NCBI GenBank assembly: GCA_965243025.1
Contig: CBDETY010000003.1
Location: 3,360,001-3,424,000, forward strand
DNA length: 64,000 nucleotides
Source of the DNA: Candidatus Latescibacterota bacterium
GTDB taxonomy: Bacteria; Latescibacterota; UBA2968; UBA8231
Reading direction: 5' to 3'
A model generated the notes under the pieces. It had not been told where the DNA came from. It did not search any database and was given only the letters and a program-made list of their open reading frames with translations. Both the position numbers and the translations under genes were made by a program. Positions 28,821-41,191 of the stretch are shown piece by piece; positions within the stretch are counted from its first letter, which is position 1; every line of letters begins with the position of its first letter.

Positions 28821-31148
28821 TTACCAGGCTCTCAGCCTGGACATCTCAGTTTGCATGCGGCACAGGTTGGCGTAGATGCCGTCCCGCGCGATCAGCTCGT
28901 CGTGGGTGCCGATCTCGGCGAGCCTGCCCTTGTCGAGGATGAGCAGGCGACGGGCGTTCTTGAGGGTCGACAGGCGATGGGCAATGGCAAAGGTGGTGCG
29001 CCCCCGGACCAGCCGCCCCAACGCCTCCTGAATCTGCGCTTCGGTCTGGGTATCGACGTTGGAGGTGGCTTCGTCGAGGATGAGAATGCGCGGGTCCCGC
29101 AGGATGGCGCGGGCGATGGACAGCCGCTGCCGCTCTCCCCCGGAAACGCGGATGCCGCGCTCGCCGACCATGGTATCGTACCCGTCCGGCATGTCCATGA
29201 TGAAGTCGTGCCCGTTGGCGGCCTTGGCCGCGGCCACGATCTGCTCGAGGGAAGCTTCGGGATGGCCGTAGGCGATGTTGTCCGCCACCGTGCCGTTGAA
29301 GAGGAAGGGATCCTGCAGGACCACGCCGATCTGCCCGCGCAGCGATTGCAGGTTCACCTGCCGGGTGTCGCGGCCGTCGATGAGGATGGCTCCCTCCTGG
29401 GGCTCGTAGAAGCGGCAGATGAGGTTGACCAGAGTGCTCTTTCCGGCGCCGCTGTGGCCCGCCAGGCCGATCATCTCCCCCGGCTCGACGGCGAAGCTCA
29501 AGTCCTCGATGACCGGCTTGTCTTCCTCGTAGCCGAAGTGCACGCCGCGGAACTCGACCCGGCCCTCGATGGGCGGCATGATCGTGGCTTCGGGCCTGTC
29601 GACTATCTCCGGGTGCGTATCGAGCACGTCGAAGACGCGCTCTGCCGAGGTGGCGGCGCGCTGGAAGCGGTGGTTGAGGCGGGCCAGGCTCTCCACCGGC
29701 CCGTAGAAGCGGTACATGTAGCTGGTGAAGGCGACGAAAGCCCCCAACGTCAGCTCGCCGGCCAGGATATCGCGGCCCCCTACCCACCAGATGATGATGG
29801 TGCCGATGGAGGTGATGAAGGCCATGACCGGGCCGAACAGGCTGCGCATCCACGCCACCCGCAGCTCGCCCCGCAGCAGGTCCAGGCTGCGGCCCTTGAA
29901 TTTGCCCACCTCCCGCTTTTCCTGGGCGAATGCCTTGACCACGCGCACCCCCGGGATGGTATCGGCCAGCAGGGCGCTCAAGCCCGCCCAGCGGCGCCAC
30001 AGCGGCCGGTAGATGGCGTGCAGCTTGCGGCCGAAGCGCAGCGTCGCCCACACCAGCAGCGGCGTCGGCAGCAGCACCAGGGCGGCCAGCCCGGGGTTCA
30101 GCACAAAGAGGATTATGCAGATGATGACCAGGGTGAGCACGTCGCGGATGGCTTCCTGCAGGCCGTCGCTGATGAAATCCTGAAGGCGGCCCACGTCCTG
30201 GGTGACGCTGGCCATGATGCGCCCGGTCTCGTTTCTGGTGTAGTAGCTGAGCGACAGCGCGTGCAGGTGGGCGTACACCTCGTTGCGCATGCCGTAGGTG
30301 ACGCGCTGGCCGATGCGGGCCATGATGAAGCCGCGCAGACCCGACAGACCGCTGACGGAGAGGTTTACCAATATCAACAGGCCCACCAGCCAGGCCAGCG
30401 CGGCGACTGGATCAACCCCGGCTCCCGGCAGAAGAGCCAGCAGATCGAAGCCCGCCCCATCCGCCCTGGAGGAAACAGGAGCACCGACATTCAGGACATC
30501 GTCGATGAGAACGCTCAGCAGCAGCGGCTGGCTCAAACCAAGGGTCGTGGCCACCACCATGAGCAGCAGGCTCAGAGTGATGAGCCGCCAATGCGGCCCG
30601 GCATATCCCAGCAGCCGGAACAGCAGCTTTCCCTTTTCCAGGCAGGCCGGGCATACCCCGTAGCGGCGCGGAATGACCTGGCCGCAGCGGTCGCATCGCT
30701 TGCGTCCGGCCCTGGCTCCGGCCAGTCGCCCGTGGAGCACCAGGCCGTCGGATTCGGCCGGGCGGGCCTGGCGGACCAGGCGCTCGACCTGAACGGGCAG
30801 CTCCGACAGCGCCGGCACCAGGCTCTTGGAGAACACGGCCATGGTCGCGCCCCGCTCTCCGGTGCGGACCTTGAGAGCAGCGGTCCCCCAGTCCTCGCGA
30901 ACTTCCACCCCCTCTATCTCGGCCAGAGGAAGGCAGACCATGTCGGGCGGCCCGCCGCTGTCGGGACTGAAGGCCACCAGCAAGTCGTCGGTTGCCATCA
31001 GCCACGCCTCGCCGTAGCGGCCGTCGAGCCGGATGTCCGTTGTTACCGCGAGGCGGAACCCTTCGTCGGGGCCTGCTATCCCGGCGAGTTCCCGCCGAAC
31101 CCGCGGCGGCACTGTGGCATTTAATGCGGGCGCTGAGTTTTCTCCCAT
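28821..31148 (-). CDS. ABC exporter with N-terminal extra domain and Zn ribbon (DUF1854-associated type)
   Basis: CDRC..CPAC; TMD; GHSGAGKS, VSGGERQ, LDEAT. Confidence 0.9.
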   Translation of the reverse strand: MGENSAPALNATVPPRVRRELAGIAGPDEGFRLAVTTDIRLDGRYGEAWLMATDDLLVAFSPDSGGPPDMVCLPLAEIEGVEVREDWGTAALKVRTGERGATMAVFSKSLVPALSELPVQVERLVRQARPAESDGLVLHGRLAGARAGRKRCDRCGQVIPRRYGVCPACLEKGKLLFRLLGYAGPHWRLITLSLLLMVVATTLGLSQPLLLSVLIDDVLNVGAPVSSRADGAGFDLLALLPGAGVDPVAALAWLVGLLILVNLSVSGLSGLRGFIMARIGQRVTYGMRNEVYAHLHALSLSYYTRNETGRIMASVTQDVGRLQDFISDGLQEAIRDVLTLVIICIILFVLNPGLAALVLLPTPLLVWATLRFGRKLHAIYRPLWRRWAGLSALLADTIPGVRVVKAFAQEKREVGKFKGRSLDLLRGELRVAWMRSLFGPVMAFITSIGTIIIWWVGGRDILAGELTLGAFVAFTSYMYRFYGPVESLARLNHRFQRAATSAERVFDVLDTHPEIVDRPEATIMPPIEGRVEFRGVHFGYEEDKPVIEDLSFAVEPGEMIGLAGHSGAGKSTLVNLICRFYEPQEGAILIDGRDTRQVNLQSLRGQIGVVLQDPFLFNGTVADNIAYGHPEASLEQIVAAAKAANGHDFIMDMPDGYDTMVGERGIRVSGGERQRLSIARAILRDPRILILDEATSNVDTQTEAQIQEALGRLVRGRTTFAIAHRLSTLKNARRLLILDKGRLAEIGTHDELIARDGIYANLCRMQTEMSRLRAW

Positions 31149-31275
31149 GCAGCGTTCGCTCCTACTCATGCATGGGCGTTCCGGGCGAGGTCCCCAATCC
31201 TCGCTGGCACCGTCCAACCGGGGAACAGGGCGTTGGAGCCGGCATCCGGGTCAGCACCTTGGTCGATCCGGTTAT

Positions 31276-32100
31276 TCATACCTCGACGACCCAGGAGGCG
31301 GGTTCCCGGGACACACCGCAGTTTTCCGCCCAGTCCAGCAGGGCCCGGGGCGCTGTATCGACGTCCCGGTAGGCACCCAGCAGCTGCCTGTCGATATCGT
31401 CTTCTACCCGTTCGATCACCCGTTCATCCGGGGGATCGAGGTTGACGTCGACCTTCATCCACCGGTAGGCGTACCCGTAGATGATCACCTTCGAGGTGGA
31501 ATCGCTCAGATTGGGCGCCGCGGTGTGGAAGGTGCGGTTTTCAAACAGGATGGCATCGCCGGCCCGCAGGCACGAATCGACCGCGGTCGGCGGGTCGTGC
31601 TCGCCTTTGCGAATCGCCAGCGGCCCGCCTTCCAGGTGGCTTCCGCGCGCCAGCAGGGTCATCCCGGAGTCGGGTTGCGGAAAGTCTGTCAGACAGTAGC
31701 AGACCTTGATTCCAACTCGCGGCAAATCCCGGTGTCCGAGGTCTTCTGAAATACCGATGTCCCGGTGCCAGCCGCGTTCGGGGGGCGCGGTACCGGCAGG
31801 TCGTGGCTTCTTGTAGAGAATCGAAGCCGTGTGGAGGTGGATGTTGGGACTCAGCAGCTGTACGACGCGGGCAACGGCAGCGGGGTTGGAGAGAAGGGGA
31901 TCGAAAGCCTCTTCCTGCACGACACCTTGGCGAAGCTGCAGATAAAACCTTTCCGGATCGTCCATGAATGACGCCATCAACCGGTCCGCCGCTTCAGTTA
32001 TCCGGGCGACGGTCCCGGCATCGACAGCTTGCTGGATAACCAGGAAGCCATCCGTATCGAAGTCCCGCCGTTGCGCTTCGGTCAGTTGGTGGAAATCCAT
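31276..32100 (-). CDS. PhyH-family Fe(II)/2OG dioxygenase
   Basis: WHRD, RGSH, AGDAILFENRTFH. Confidence 0.88.
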   Translation of the reverse strand: MDFHQLTEAQRRDFDTDGFLVIQQAVDAGTVARITEAADRLMASFMDDPERFYLQLRQGVVQEEAFDPLLSNPAAVARVVQLLSPNIHLHTASILYKKPRPAGTAPPERGWHRDIGISEDLGHRDLPRVGIKVCYCLTDFPQPDSGMTLLARGSHLEGGPLAIRKGEHDPPTAVDSCLRAGDAILFENRTFHTAAPNLSDSTSKVIIYGYAYRWMKVDVNLDPPDERVIERVEDDIDRQLLGAYRDVDTAPRALLDWAENCGVSREPASWVVEV

Positions 32101-32113
32101 TTTCAACCTCCTG

Positions 32114-32446
32114 TCACTCGGGGACCACCAGCGGCGAAGCCTGCCCCCACTGGCCGGCGAAGACAAAGTCGGTCAGGGGCTTGCGGGTGCGGGGCCGGGC
32201 TTCCCCTTCGCGGTAGCGCTCCGGCAGACCGGCCGGGTCGCCGAGGTAGCCCAGGGCAATGGCCGCGGCCGGCTCGAACTGTTCCGGGACGGCAAAAACC
32301 CGCTGCGCCTTTTCCACGTCGAAGCCGGCCATCTGGTGCATGTACAAACCCGGGCGGCCGGCAAAGGCGCGGGGGCTCCAGCGACGGCTCAGCAGGTCGT
32401 GGATGGGGCGGGAGGTCCTGGCGATCCTGTCCATTGGAGTGTCCAT
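32114..32446 (-). pseudogene. Nitroreductase with large in-frame internal deletion
   Basis: N-terminal RRWSPRAF joined directly to C-terminal GLYMHQMAGFD...RTRKPL; central APS..N.QPW core absent. Confidence 0.75.
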
Positions 32447-32449
32447 TCC

Positions 32450-33568
32450 CTAGGCCCTGGCGCCGGCGGCCTCGAGGAAGGCAATCGCCTTTTTGTGCCC
32501 CTTCTCCAGCGCCCGGGCCAGCGGCGTGCGTCCCTGGCTGTCCTCCTGGTCGATCCTGGCGCCGTACTCCAGCAGCAGCTGCAGCATCTTGTCGCCGGCG
32601 CCGTAATGCACCGCCACGTGCAGGCAGTTTTCACCGTCCCTGCTCTCGATCCGGTTGGGATCCTGGCCGTTCTCCAGAAACCACTTCGCACCCTTGATGC
32701 TGCGAGACGAAACCGCGCAGCCGAGGGGGGTGTAGCCGCCGTGGTGCCCGGTGCCGCGGGTGCCGTCCATCCTGATCCCGGACTCGAGCAGCAGGTTCAG
32801 GGCCTCGAACCGTCCGTCACAGGCCGCGTGGTTCAGGTTGTCGTCGTCGCCCGGGGTGGCCCCGGCCTTCAGGAGCGTTTCGATCATTTCGAGGTTGTCG
32901 GTGTAGATGGCCAGGTCGAGGGAGCCGGCGACGTCGGCGCCGTGGTCGAGCAAGGTCCGCGCGATCCGCACCAGCGCCTTTCTCTTCTCGCCGTCCTCTT
33001 TCCCGACTCGCGAGCTGACACAGTACGCCAGCGCCGTCCAGCCCTTGTCGTCGGTCCAGATCCGGGTTCCCCGGTCATGAGCCGTCGCCAGGGACGGATC
33101 CTTCTTCAGGAGGGCATTGACGCGCGCTTCCTCCCCCAGAACGGAGGCGTGGAAGATGTCGTGCGGACCGGACACCCGCTTCAGCATCGCCGGCAGGAAC
33201 TCCGTCGCCTCCCCGGTGGCGCACAGGGCGATTGCGCTGATCAGCGAACCGCCTCCCGGCATCATGGGATCGGCGCCGGCATCGAGAAGCAGTTCCACCG
33301 CCCGGTGATGGCCCTCGTGTTTGGGCGCCGTCTTCTTGAATTCCACCGTGCGGTGCAGGGGGCGGTAGTAGAACGGCCCCCTGGACTGGACGTTCGCATC
33401 GGCCCCGTTCTCCAGCAGGAGGGCCACGGCCTCCGCCCGGCCGGCGTAACAGGCGTCCATCATCGGCTTCCAACCGGTTACCAGGGCGGGGTCTTCCCCG
33501 AGCGCCGCCCGCATGGTGTCGAGGTCCCCTGCCGCTGCGGCGGCGGCGAGTGATTTTGCCAGGTTCAA
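32450..33568 (-). CDS. Ankyrin repeat protein
   Basis: Repeated LL..GAD.N, GYTPL..AV, GRTPL..A. Confidence 0.9.
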   Translation of the reverse strand: MNLAKSLAAAAAAGDLDTMRAALGEDPALVTGWKPMMDACYAGRAEAVALLLENGADANVQSRGPFYYRPLHRTVEFKKTAPKHEGHHRAVELLLDAGADPMMPGGGSLISAIALCATGEATEFLPAMLKRVSGPHDIFHASVLGEEARVNALLKKDPSLATAHDRGTRIWTDDKGWTALAYCVSSRVGKEDGEKRKALVRIARTLLDHGADVAGSLDLAIYTDNLEMIETLLKAGATPGDDDNLNHAACDGRFEALNLLLESGIRMDGTRGTGHHGGYTPLGCAVSSRSIKGAKWFLENGQDPNRIESRDGENCLHVAVHYGAGDKMLQLLLEYGARIDQEDSQGRTPLARALEKGHKKAIAFLEAAGARA

Positions 33569-33675
33569 ATCAGGGTCTCCTGTTTCTGTCGTTGTTCACT
33601 ACAGCAATCCTGCCTGAGAAGGCCATTCCAGGGGACTGGAATACCGCCGGGCAACTCGAGGCTGAGAATTCAGCA

Positions 33676-33717
33676 ACTACCCTTATTACTACCCTTACTC
33701 AGGATTACTACCCTTAT
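33676..33717. repeat. Three copies of (T)ACTACCCTTA
   Basis: Copies at 33676, 33687, 33706. Confidence 0.75.
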
Positions 33718-33749
33718 TCCCGAGAAAACGCCAGCGCGCAACCGGACCT

Positions 33750-35047
33750 TCAGAACCAGATGAGAAACCGCGTCGGTTTTCCCGGTTCGCTCTCAAGAGT
33801 GTAGTGAAATCCGTGGTTGCGCAGCACTTCGGCCGCCAGGGTCAGCCCTACACCCTGTCCGCCTTCCTTGGTGCTGAAGAAGGGGGTAAACAGCTTTTCC
33901 CGCACCGCCGGGTCGATACCGGAGCCGGTATCTTCGACCGCCAGCTCGATCCGCCCTTTCAGGCTGAGCCGCACCGAGATGGTTCCGCGCTCGCCGATCG
34001 CCTCCACCGCGTTCTTCAGGATGTTGAGCAGGACCTGCTCCATCTGGTCGCGGTCCAGATCGACCGGGCAGGAGCCGGCGCCCAAGTCCCATTCCCAATC
34101 GATGCTCCTCCGTCGGCACTCGGCGTGCAGGAAACGCTCGACCTGGCGCAGCAGCTCGACCAGGTCGGCCGGCCGCTTCTGCGGGACGGGGATCCTCACG
34201 ACTTCCGCGTACCGCTTCATGAAGCTTTCGAGGTGCTGCGAACGCTCGATGGAGATGTCGATGGCGGTGGAAAAGTCGGGGCGGTCCCTCTCGCCGACCT
34301 GGGGGCCGTAGGTCCGGGCGCTCTCGAGCAGGGACCTGATGGCGGCGAGTGAGTTGTTGGCCTCGTGGGAGAGCGTGCGGATCAGCTTTTCGTAGGCGTC
34401 CCGTTCCGAACGGCGTATCTCGTCGGTAAGCTCCTCAATGGTGACGAAGGTTCGCGGCGCGCCCCGGTCGATGAACTTCGATTTGCGGATTCTCAACCTG
34501 GTCCCTGCTTGCGGGGCGACGATGCGGGCGCCGTCCATGGGAAGCTGCCGTATGGCCTCGGCGAGAGAACCCCCGACCTCGGCCAGGCTCTTTCCCGCCG
34601 CATCGGCCCGGCCGATCCCCAGCATCTGCTCGGCGGCCGGGTTGATGCGGTCGATGTTCCCGTCGACGCCGAAGATTGCAATGCCCGACGGCGATTGATC
34701 GACGACCTGGTGGAGGAAGAGATTCTGTTCCTCCAGCCGCACGCGTTCGTCCCGGAAGCGGTCGATCATGCTGTTGTAGATGCGCACCAGTCTGTCCACC
34801 TCCCGCTGCCCCACCTCGACGAACTTGGTGGTGGAATCCCCCTCGGCGATCAGCCCGGCGCCGATGTCGGCGAGGCGGAGCGGCTCCGAGATCCGGTTCA
34901 CCCAGCGCCACCCGGTCAGAAACGAGCCCAGGAGAACCACCTCGGCGGCGATGAACAGCACCGCATTGTCCGGGTACAGAAGGAAAACCAGGACGGCAAC
35001 GGCCAGGTGCAGGACGGCCAGAAAGACCAGGAGCCTGGTCCTTAGCT

Positions 35048-35051
<4 letters not shown>
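33750..35051 (-). CDS. Sensor histidine kinase (HAMP-PAS-HisKA-HATPase)
   Basis: LSHEANNSL H-box, NILKNAVEA, DTGSG, FFSTK.GGQGVGL. Confidence 0.93.
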
Positions 35052-36418
<1,367 letters not shown>

Positions 36419-36452
36419 GGGAGGAGGTTGAGCGCGCCCGGTTTTTCGCGGG

Positions 36453-37655
36453 TCATTCCCAGTGGAGCGCCTGTACCGGGTGCACCCGGGTCGCCAGCCA
36501 GGCCGGCCAGGCTGTCGCCAGGGTGATGATCAGGTACATCAGGACAGCTGCGGAGGCCACACCGGCCAGCCAGGCAGCGGGCGGAAGCTCGGGGAAGAAT
36601 CCCAGGATCGCAACTTGGCCCAGGAGGAAGCCGCCGAACCCGATGGCGACGGTGGTCAGCATGAGCGCCTCCCCGACGAACTGGACGTACACCCCCAGGG
36701 CGTTCGCGCCTGCCGCCCTCCGCACCCCTATTTCCCGGGTCCGCTCGGCGATGGTCTGGCACATGATACCCACGAGGCTCAAGGCTATCAGAGCTACGAT
36801 CGCCGCGGCCAGACGGACGAATTGCACACGAATTGACCTGAAAATGTCCAGAATTTCGCCGACGTGCGCCTCTTTCAGGGAACGGAGATTCAGGTGCCAC
36901 CCCGGGGCCGCCGCATTCAGCTTCTGCCGCAACAGGCGCTCGAACTGGCGCGGGGTGCCCGGCTGCAGTCGGATCATGAAGCTCGTCGGCAGGCCTTCGG
37001 CGAGCGGCCGGTCGGGCCGCACCAGGCGGAATCTCGACCAGTGCGGGTCCTCGAACCTGCCCAGCTGTTGATAGTCGGAAACGACCCCGATGATGGGGCC
37101 GAGGTCGTCGTTCCCGTTGGTGGTGAACGGTTTGCCGATCGGATCGGCGCTGCCGTGCATGGCCCGCGCCAGGCCCTCGTTTATCACGAATCCCGGTTTT
37201 GCCGCCACCAGGTCGCTGCCGTCGAACCATCTGCCGCGCGCCATATCGAGACGCAGCACCTTCGCCAGGTCCATGCCGGCCTCGGTGTTGTAGCATTGTC
37301 GAGATTCATGCCCGGGCAGATGGAGTGCCGACATAGAAAAGGTGCCCGCCAGCGGCGGGGTGGGGTTTTCGGCGACAGCGACGACCTCCGGCATGCTCCT
37401 CAGTAAGAGGATTGCCTGCTGCATGGCGATGGAATCGGCCGCGGTCCATTCTCCCGTATGGGAACTCGGTGCCCTGAACCCGACGGTCCATACATCCTCT
37501 ACCTGGTAACCCAGGGGACGGCGGAAATTCAGGTAATCGCGAAACGCAACGGTGGCCAGCGCGGCGATCAAAAGGAAGCAGACCAACAGCTCCAGGCCCA
37601 GCAGGAACTGACCCCGTTTCCGGTTCCAGGTCAACATCGCGAAATGACGGATCAT
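36453..37655 (-). CDS. MacB/FtsX-like ABC permease
   Basis: RTREIGVRRAAGA; terminal P.QALH.E. Confidence 0.88.
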   Translation of the reverse strand: MIRHFAMLTWNRKRGQFLLGLELLVCFLLIAALATVAFRDYLNFRRPLGYQVEDVWTVGFRAPSSHTGEWTAADSIAMQQAILLLRSMPEVVAVAENPTPPLAGTFSMSALHLPGHESRQCYNTEAGMDLAKVLRLDMARGRWFDGSDLVAAKPGFVINEGLARAMHGSADPIGKPFTTNGNDDLGPIIGVVSDYQQLGRFEDPHWSRFRLVRPDRPLAEGLPTSFMIRLQPGTPRQFERLLRQKLNAAAPGWHLNLRSLKEAHVGEILDIFRSIRVQFVRLAAAIVALIALSLVGIMCQTIAERTREIGVRRAAGANALGVYVQFVGEALMLTTVAIGFGGFLLGQVAILGFFPELPPAAWLAGVASAAVLMYLIITLATAWPAWLATRVHPVQALHWE

Positions 37656-38956
37656 CTTTCGCCTCCCCTCACCGCTTCGACCGGGTGGAGCCGCGACATT
37701 CTCCACGCGGGGTAGATGCCCGAGATCAGACCGAAGCACATGGTGAAGAGAAGGCCGGCGAGAAACAGACGGTAGTTCATGCCGAAGTCCTCCGGGATGC
37801 CTGCTGTCATGCCCATCCGGAATTCGAGGATGCCGTATGAAACACAGAAACCGACAAGGCCGCCCACCATGGTGAGAACCAGGTTTTCGACGAGGAACTG
37901 ACGCACCAGGTGAAGAGAAGTAGCCCCGAAGCTCTTGCGCACTCCTATTTCGGAGGCTCGTTCCATGATGCGGCTCACGTTGAGATTGACCAGGCTCAGC
38001 GAGGTGATCGCCATGAACAGCAGCACGACGCCGAGAGCCGAAAGGATCAATCTCGATCGCAGCCCCGGCAGAGTTTGGAGCATGGTTTCCATATCCGAGC
38101 TCATCCACCGGACCCCACCGAAAACCATCGACCCCATGATGGCGATTTCGTCCAGCTCCGTCCCCGGAAAGGCGCTGATGGAGTATGCCCAGGGGTGGCT
38201 CGACAGGTCGATCGCTTCCAGCACCGCTCCGAACTCCCTCCTGATCTCCGGGAAGTCGCCAAGGTCGCGGGCCAGCAGCAGGAGATTCAGCCCGCCGTTG
38301 TATTTTTGCGCCATCCCGGCATGGTACGGCTCGAGCGGTACCCACATGTCCGCACTCACCGATCCGCGGGCTCCGGCGGGAACGGTCGGGACCACTCCGA
38401 CGACTCGATACCGATTTTCGATCGTTTCCAGGATTTGTCCGACAGCGGGCTGACCGGGGAACAGGGCCGCCCCCGTCTTCCGGTCGATGACCGCCACGTC
38501 GCTCATCCCGGCGACTTCGTCCTCCGTGAACGGACGCCCCTCGAGAAAATCGAACTCCATGATCTCCCAGTACGCCGCGTCGGTCGCCTTGACGTTCAAC
38601 AGCAGCTTCTCTCCGCCCTGGTAGGTCGCCTGCGGCCGGTTGCCCTCGTAAACGGCGATCTTCTCGGGGGTCCGGAGTCTCCTCACATGCCTGGCAAGTC
38701 CGGGTCCCGCTGCAGCCGAATGGGCCCGGCCGGATCCTCCCTTGTAGAATTTCTCGTCCGTCATGAAGACCATCTTGACTTTCAACAGGCGGTCCCCCCG
38801 GGTCTCGGGAGGATTGGGTCCGATCCGGTGGTCGACGACGGCCGCCGCAACCATCAGCACGGTCAGGGTGAAACCGATCCCGAGAAGGCTGACCGCGGTG
38901 ATGAACTTGCGCCGCAACAATATCTTCAGGGCGAGTTTGAGGTGGTTCTTCCACAT
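37652..38956 (-). CDS. MacB/FtsX-like ABC permease
   Basis: ERASEIGVRKSFGA, QFLVEN, YPAWRMSRLHPV. Confidence 0.9.
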   Translation of the reverse strand: MWKNHLKLALKILLRRKFITAVSLLGIGFTLTVLMVAAAVVDHRIGPNPPETRGDRLLKVKMVFMTDEKFYKGGSGRAHSAAAGPGLARHVRRLRTPEKIAVYEGNRPQATYQGGEKLLLNVKATDAAYWEIMEFDFLEGRPFTEDEVAGMSDVAVIDRKTGAALFPGQPAVGQILETIENRYRVVGVVPTVPAGARGSVSADMWVPLEPYHAGMAQKYNGGLNLLLLARDLGDFPEIRREFGAVLEAIDLSSHPWAYSISAFPGTELDEIAIMGSMVFGGVRWMSSDMETMLQTLPGLRSRLILSALGVVLLFMAITSLSLVNLNVSRIMERASEIGVRKSFGATSLHLVRQFLVENLVLTMVGGLVGFCVSYGILEFRMGMTAGIPEDFGMNYRLFLAGLLFTMCFGLISGIYPAWRMSRLHPVEAVRGGER

Positions 38957-38982
38957 GGTTCGTTCCTCTCGGACAGGCCCGG

Positions 38983-39648
<666 letters not shown>

Positions 39649-39661
39649 CCGCGCATCCTCC

Positions 39662-40918
39662 TTATTCGATCGCGATTCGGTCCCGTTGCAGGAACCGCTG
39701 GGTGTCGATGGCCAGCACTTCGTCTCCGACGGAGAGTCCCGCTGCCACCTCGAAATAGTTGCGGCCGATCAGGCCGAGCTGTACCGGCGTCCTCACCGCG
39801 CTCTCCCCGCGCAGGACGAACGCCTGGCGCACCCCCAGCTCGTCGCGGGGGATCGGCCCCCTGGGCAGGCGGGTAACCCGCGCCCGGCGTTCGGTGACGA
39901 TCCAGGCCTCCACCCGCATCTTCGGCCGCAGGGCGCCATGGGAAGGCTCCTTCAGGCGGACGTCCAGGTGAACGGCGTTCGCCTCGGAGGTCGGGAAGAC
40001 GTGCTCGATCCAGCCGCTCAGTTCCCGGTTGTCGGACAGCACCAGGCGGACCGGCATCTGCGGCGCGAGGAGATCGGCGTGGATATCGGGAACGACGACG
40101 TCCGCCCTGAAGGCGCTCAGATCGGCGATGCGCGCGATCTCCGAGCCCTTCCGGACGGTGGCCCCCACCTCGACCCGGATCCGGGTGACGATGCCGTTTA
40201 CCGCGCTGCGCAGCGAGCCGTGGGCCAGGTCCTCCCGGAGCTGGTCGACCTCGAGCTGCAGCGCCGCCGACTCCAGATCGATCGCTTCGAGCTGGCTGGA
40301 GAAGGCCGCGCCCAGCCGGGTCTGCTGGCGCTGCAGCTGTTCCAGCTCCAGCGAGACCCGTTTCCGGTCGAGCTCGATTTCGTCGAGCGCGTTCTTCGAC
40401 ACCCCCCCGAACTCCATCACCGCGCGGGTCTGCCGGGCCTTGACCGCCAGGGCATCCGCCGACAGCCGCGTCATGCGCAGCTTTACCCGCAGATCGTCCA
40501 TCTGCTGTTGGTGTTCGGTCCCGGTCCGGGCCCTGCGATTGGCGAGCAGGTCGATTTCACCCTGTTGCTGCTCCAGATCCCGCCGCAGGTGACTGACGTC
40601 GAGGTGAAAAATCACCTCCTGCGGGGCGACCGGGTCGCCGGGCTGCCGCAGGATTCGGCGCACCCCGGCATCGACGGGTGAAAAGAGAACGTGCTCCGTC
40701 AACGGCTCGATGACCCCCGAACCGCTGATCCCCGCCTCCACCGGGCCGGCGTCCACCGTGGAAATCAGGAGGTTGCGGCGTTCGAGACTCGGGGCGACCC
40801 AACCCGGGAGAACCGCCGCGGCCAGGCCCGCGGCCAGGGCGAACCCGATCGCCGGAGCCGCTTTGCGGGCTCGTCTCTTCCAGATCTGTTCGTCCGTGAG
40901 TGGCCGGTCCATGTTCAT
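39662..40918 (-). CDS. HlyD/MacA-type periplasmic adaptor
   Basis: N-terminal TM, coiled hairpin, LRSAVNGIV. Confidence 0.88.
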   Translation of the reverse strand: MNMDRPLTDEQIWKRRARKAAPAIGFALAAGLAAAVLPGWVAPSLERRNLLISTVDAGPVEAGISGSGVIEPLTEHVLFSPVDAGVRRILRQPGDPVAPQEVIFHLDVSHLRRDLEQQQGEIDLLANRRARTGTEHQQQMDDLRVKLRMTRLSADALAVKARQTRAVMEFGGVSKNALDEIELDRKRVSLELEQLQRQQTRLGAAFSSQLEAIDLESAALQLEVDQLREDLAHGSLRSAVNGIVTRIRVEVGATVRKGSEIARIADLSAFRADVVVPDIHADLLAPQMPVRLVLSDNRELSGWIEHVFPTSEANAVHLDVRLKEPSHGALRPKMRVEAWIVTERRARVTRLPRGPIPRDELGVRQAFVLRGESAVRTPVQLGLIGRNYFEVAAGLSVGDEVLAIDTQRFLQRDRIAIE

Positions 40919-40929
40919 GACGATCCATG

Positions 40930-40945
40930 TGCAAGCACCGTGCCA
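40930..40945 (-). promoter_or_regulatory. Sigma54 -24/-12 promoter
   Basis: Minus strand TGGCACGGTGCTTGCA matches the consensus. Confidence 0.85.
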
Positions 40946-40998
40946 AAAAACAAGTGCTGAAAAAACAACCAGTTAAGGATTTACTCCGAGGAGGCGGA

Positions 40999-41035
40999 CG
41001 TCCACGGATGGACGGCGGGCGTCCGCAAATGGACG
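40999..41035. promoter_or_regulatory. Tandem palindromic enhancer (UAS) for the NtrC-type activator
   Basis: Two CGTCC-N6-GGACG sites 21 bp apart; IHF-like AAACAACCAGTTA lies between UAS and promoter. Confidence 0.7.
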
Positions 41036-41191
41036 CCCCGCGCGAGGGCAGGCGGTTCCAGGAATACCTGGACCGCGAGGCGGGATCAGCCGGCTACCGG
41101 TTTCTCCGGGAGGGCACGCAGGGGAGACCGCGACGGATCTGGCGGGGCCGCCGCCGCCGGTACAAGGGCGGCTGACGGAGGAGAATGCGGG

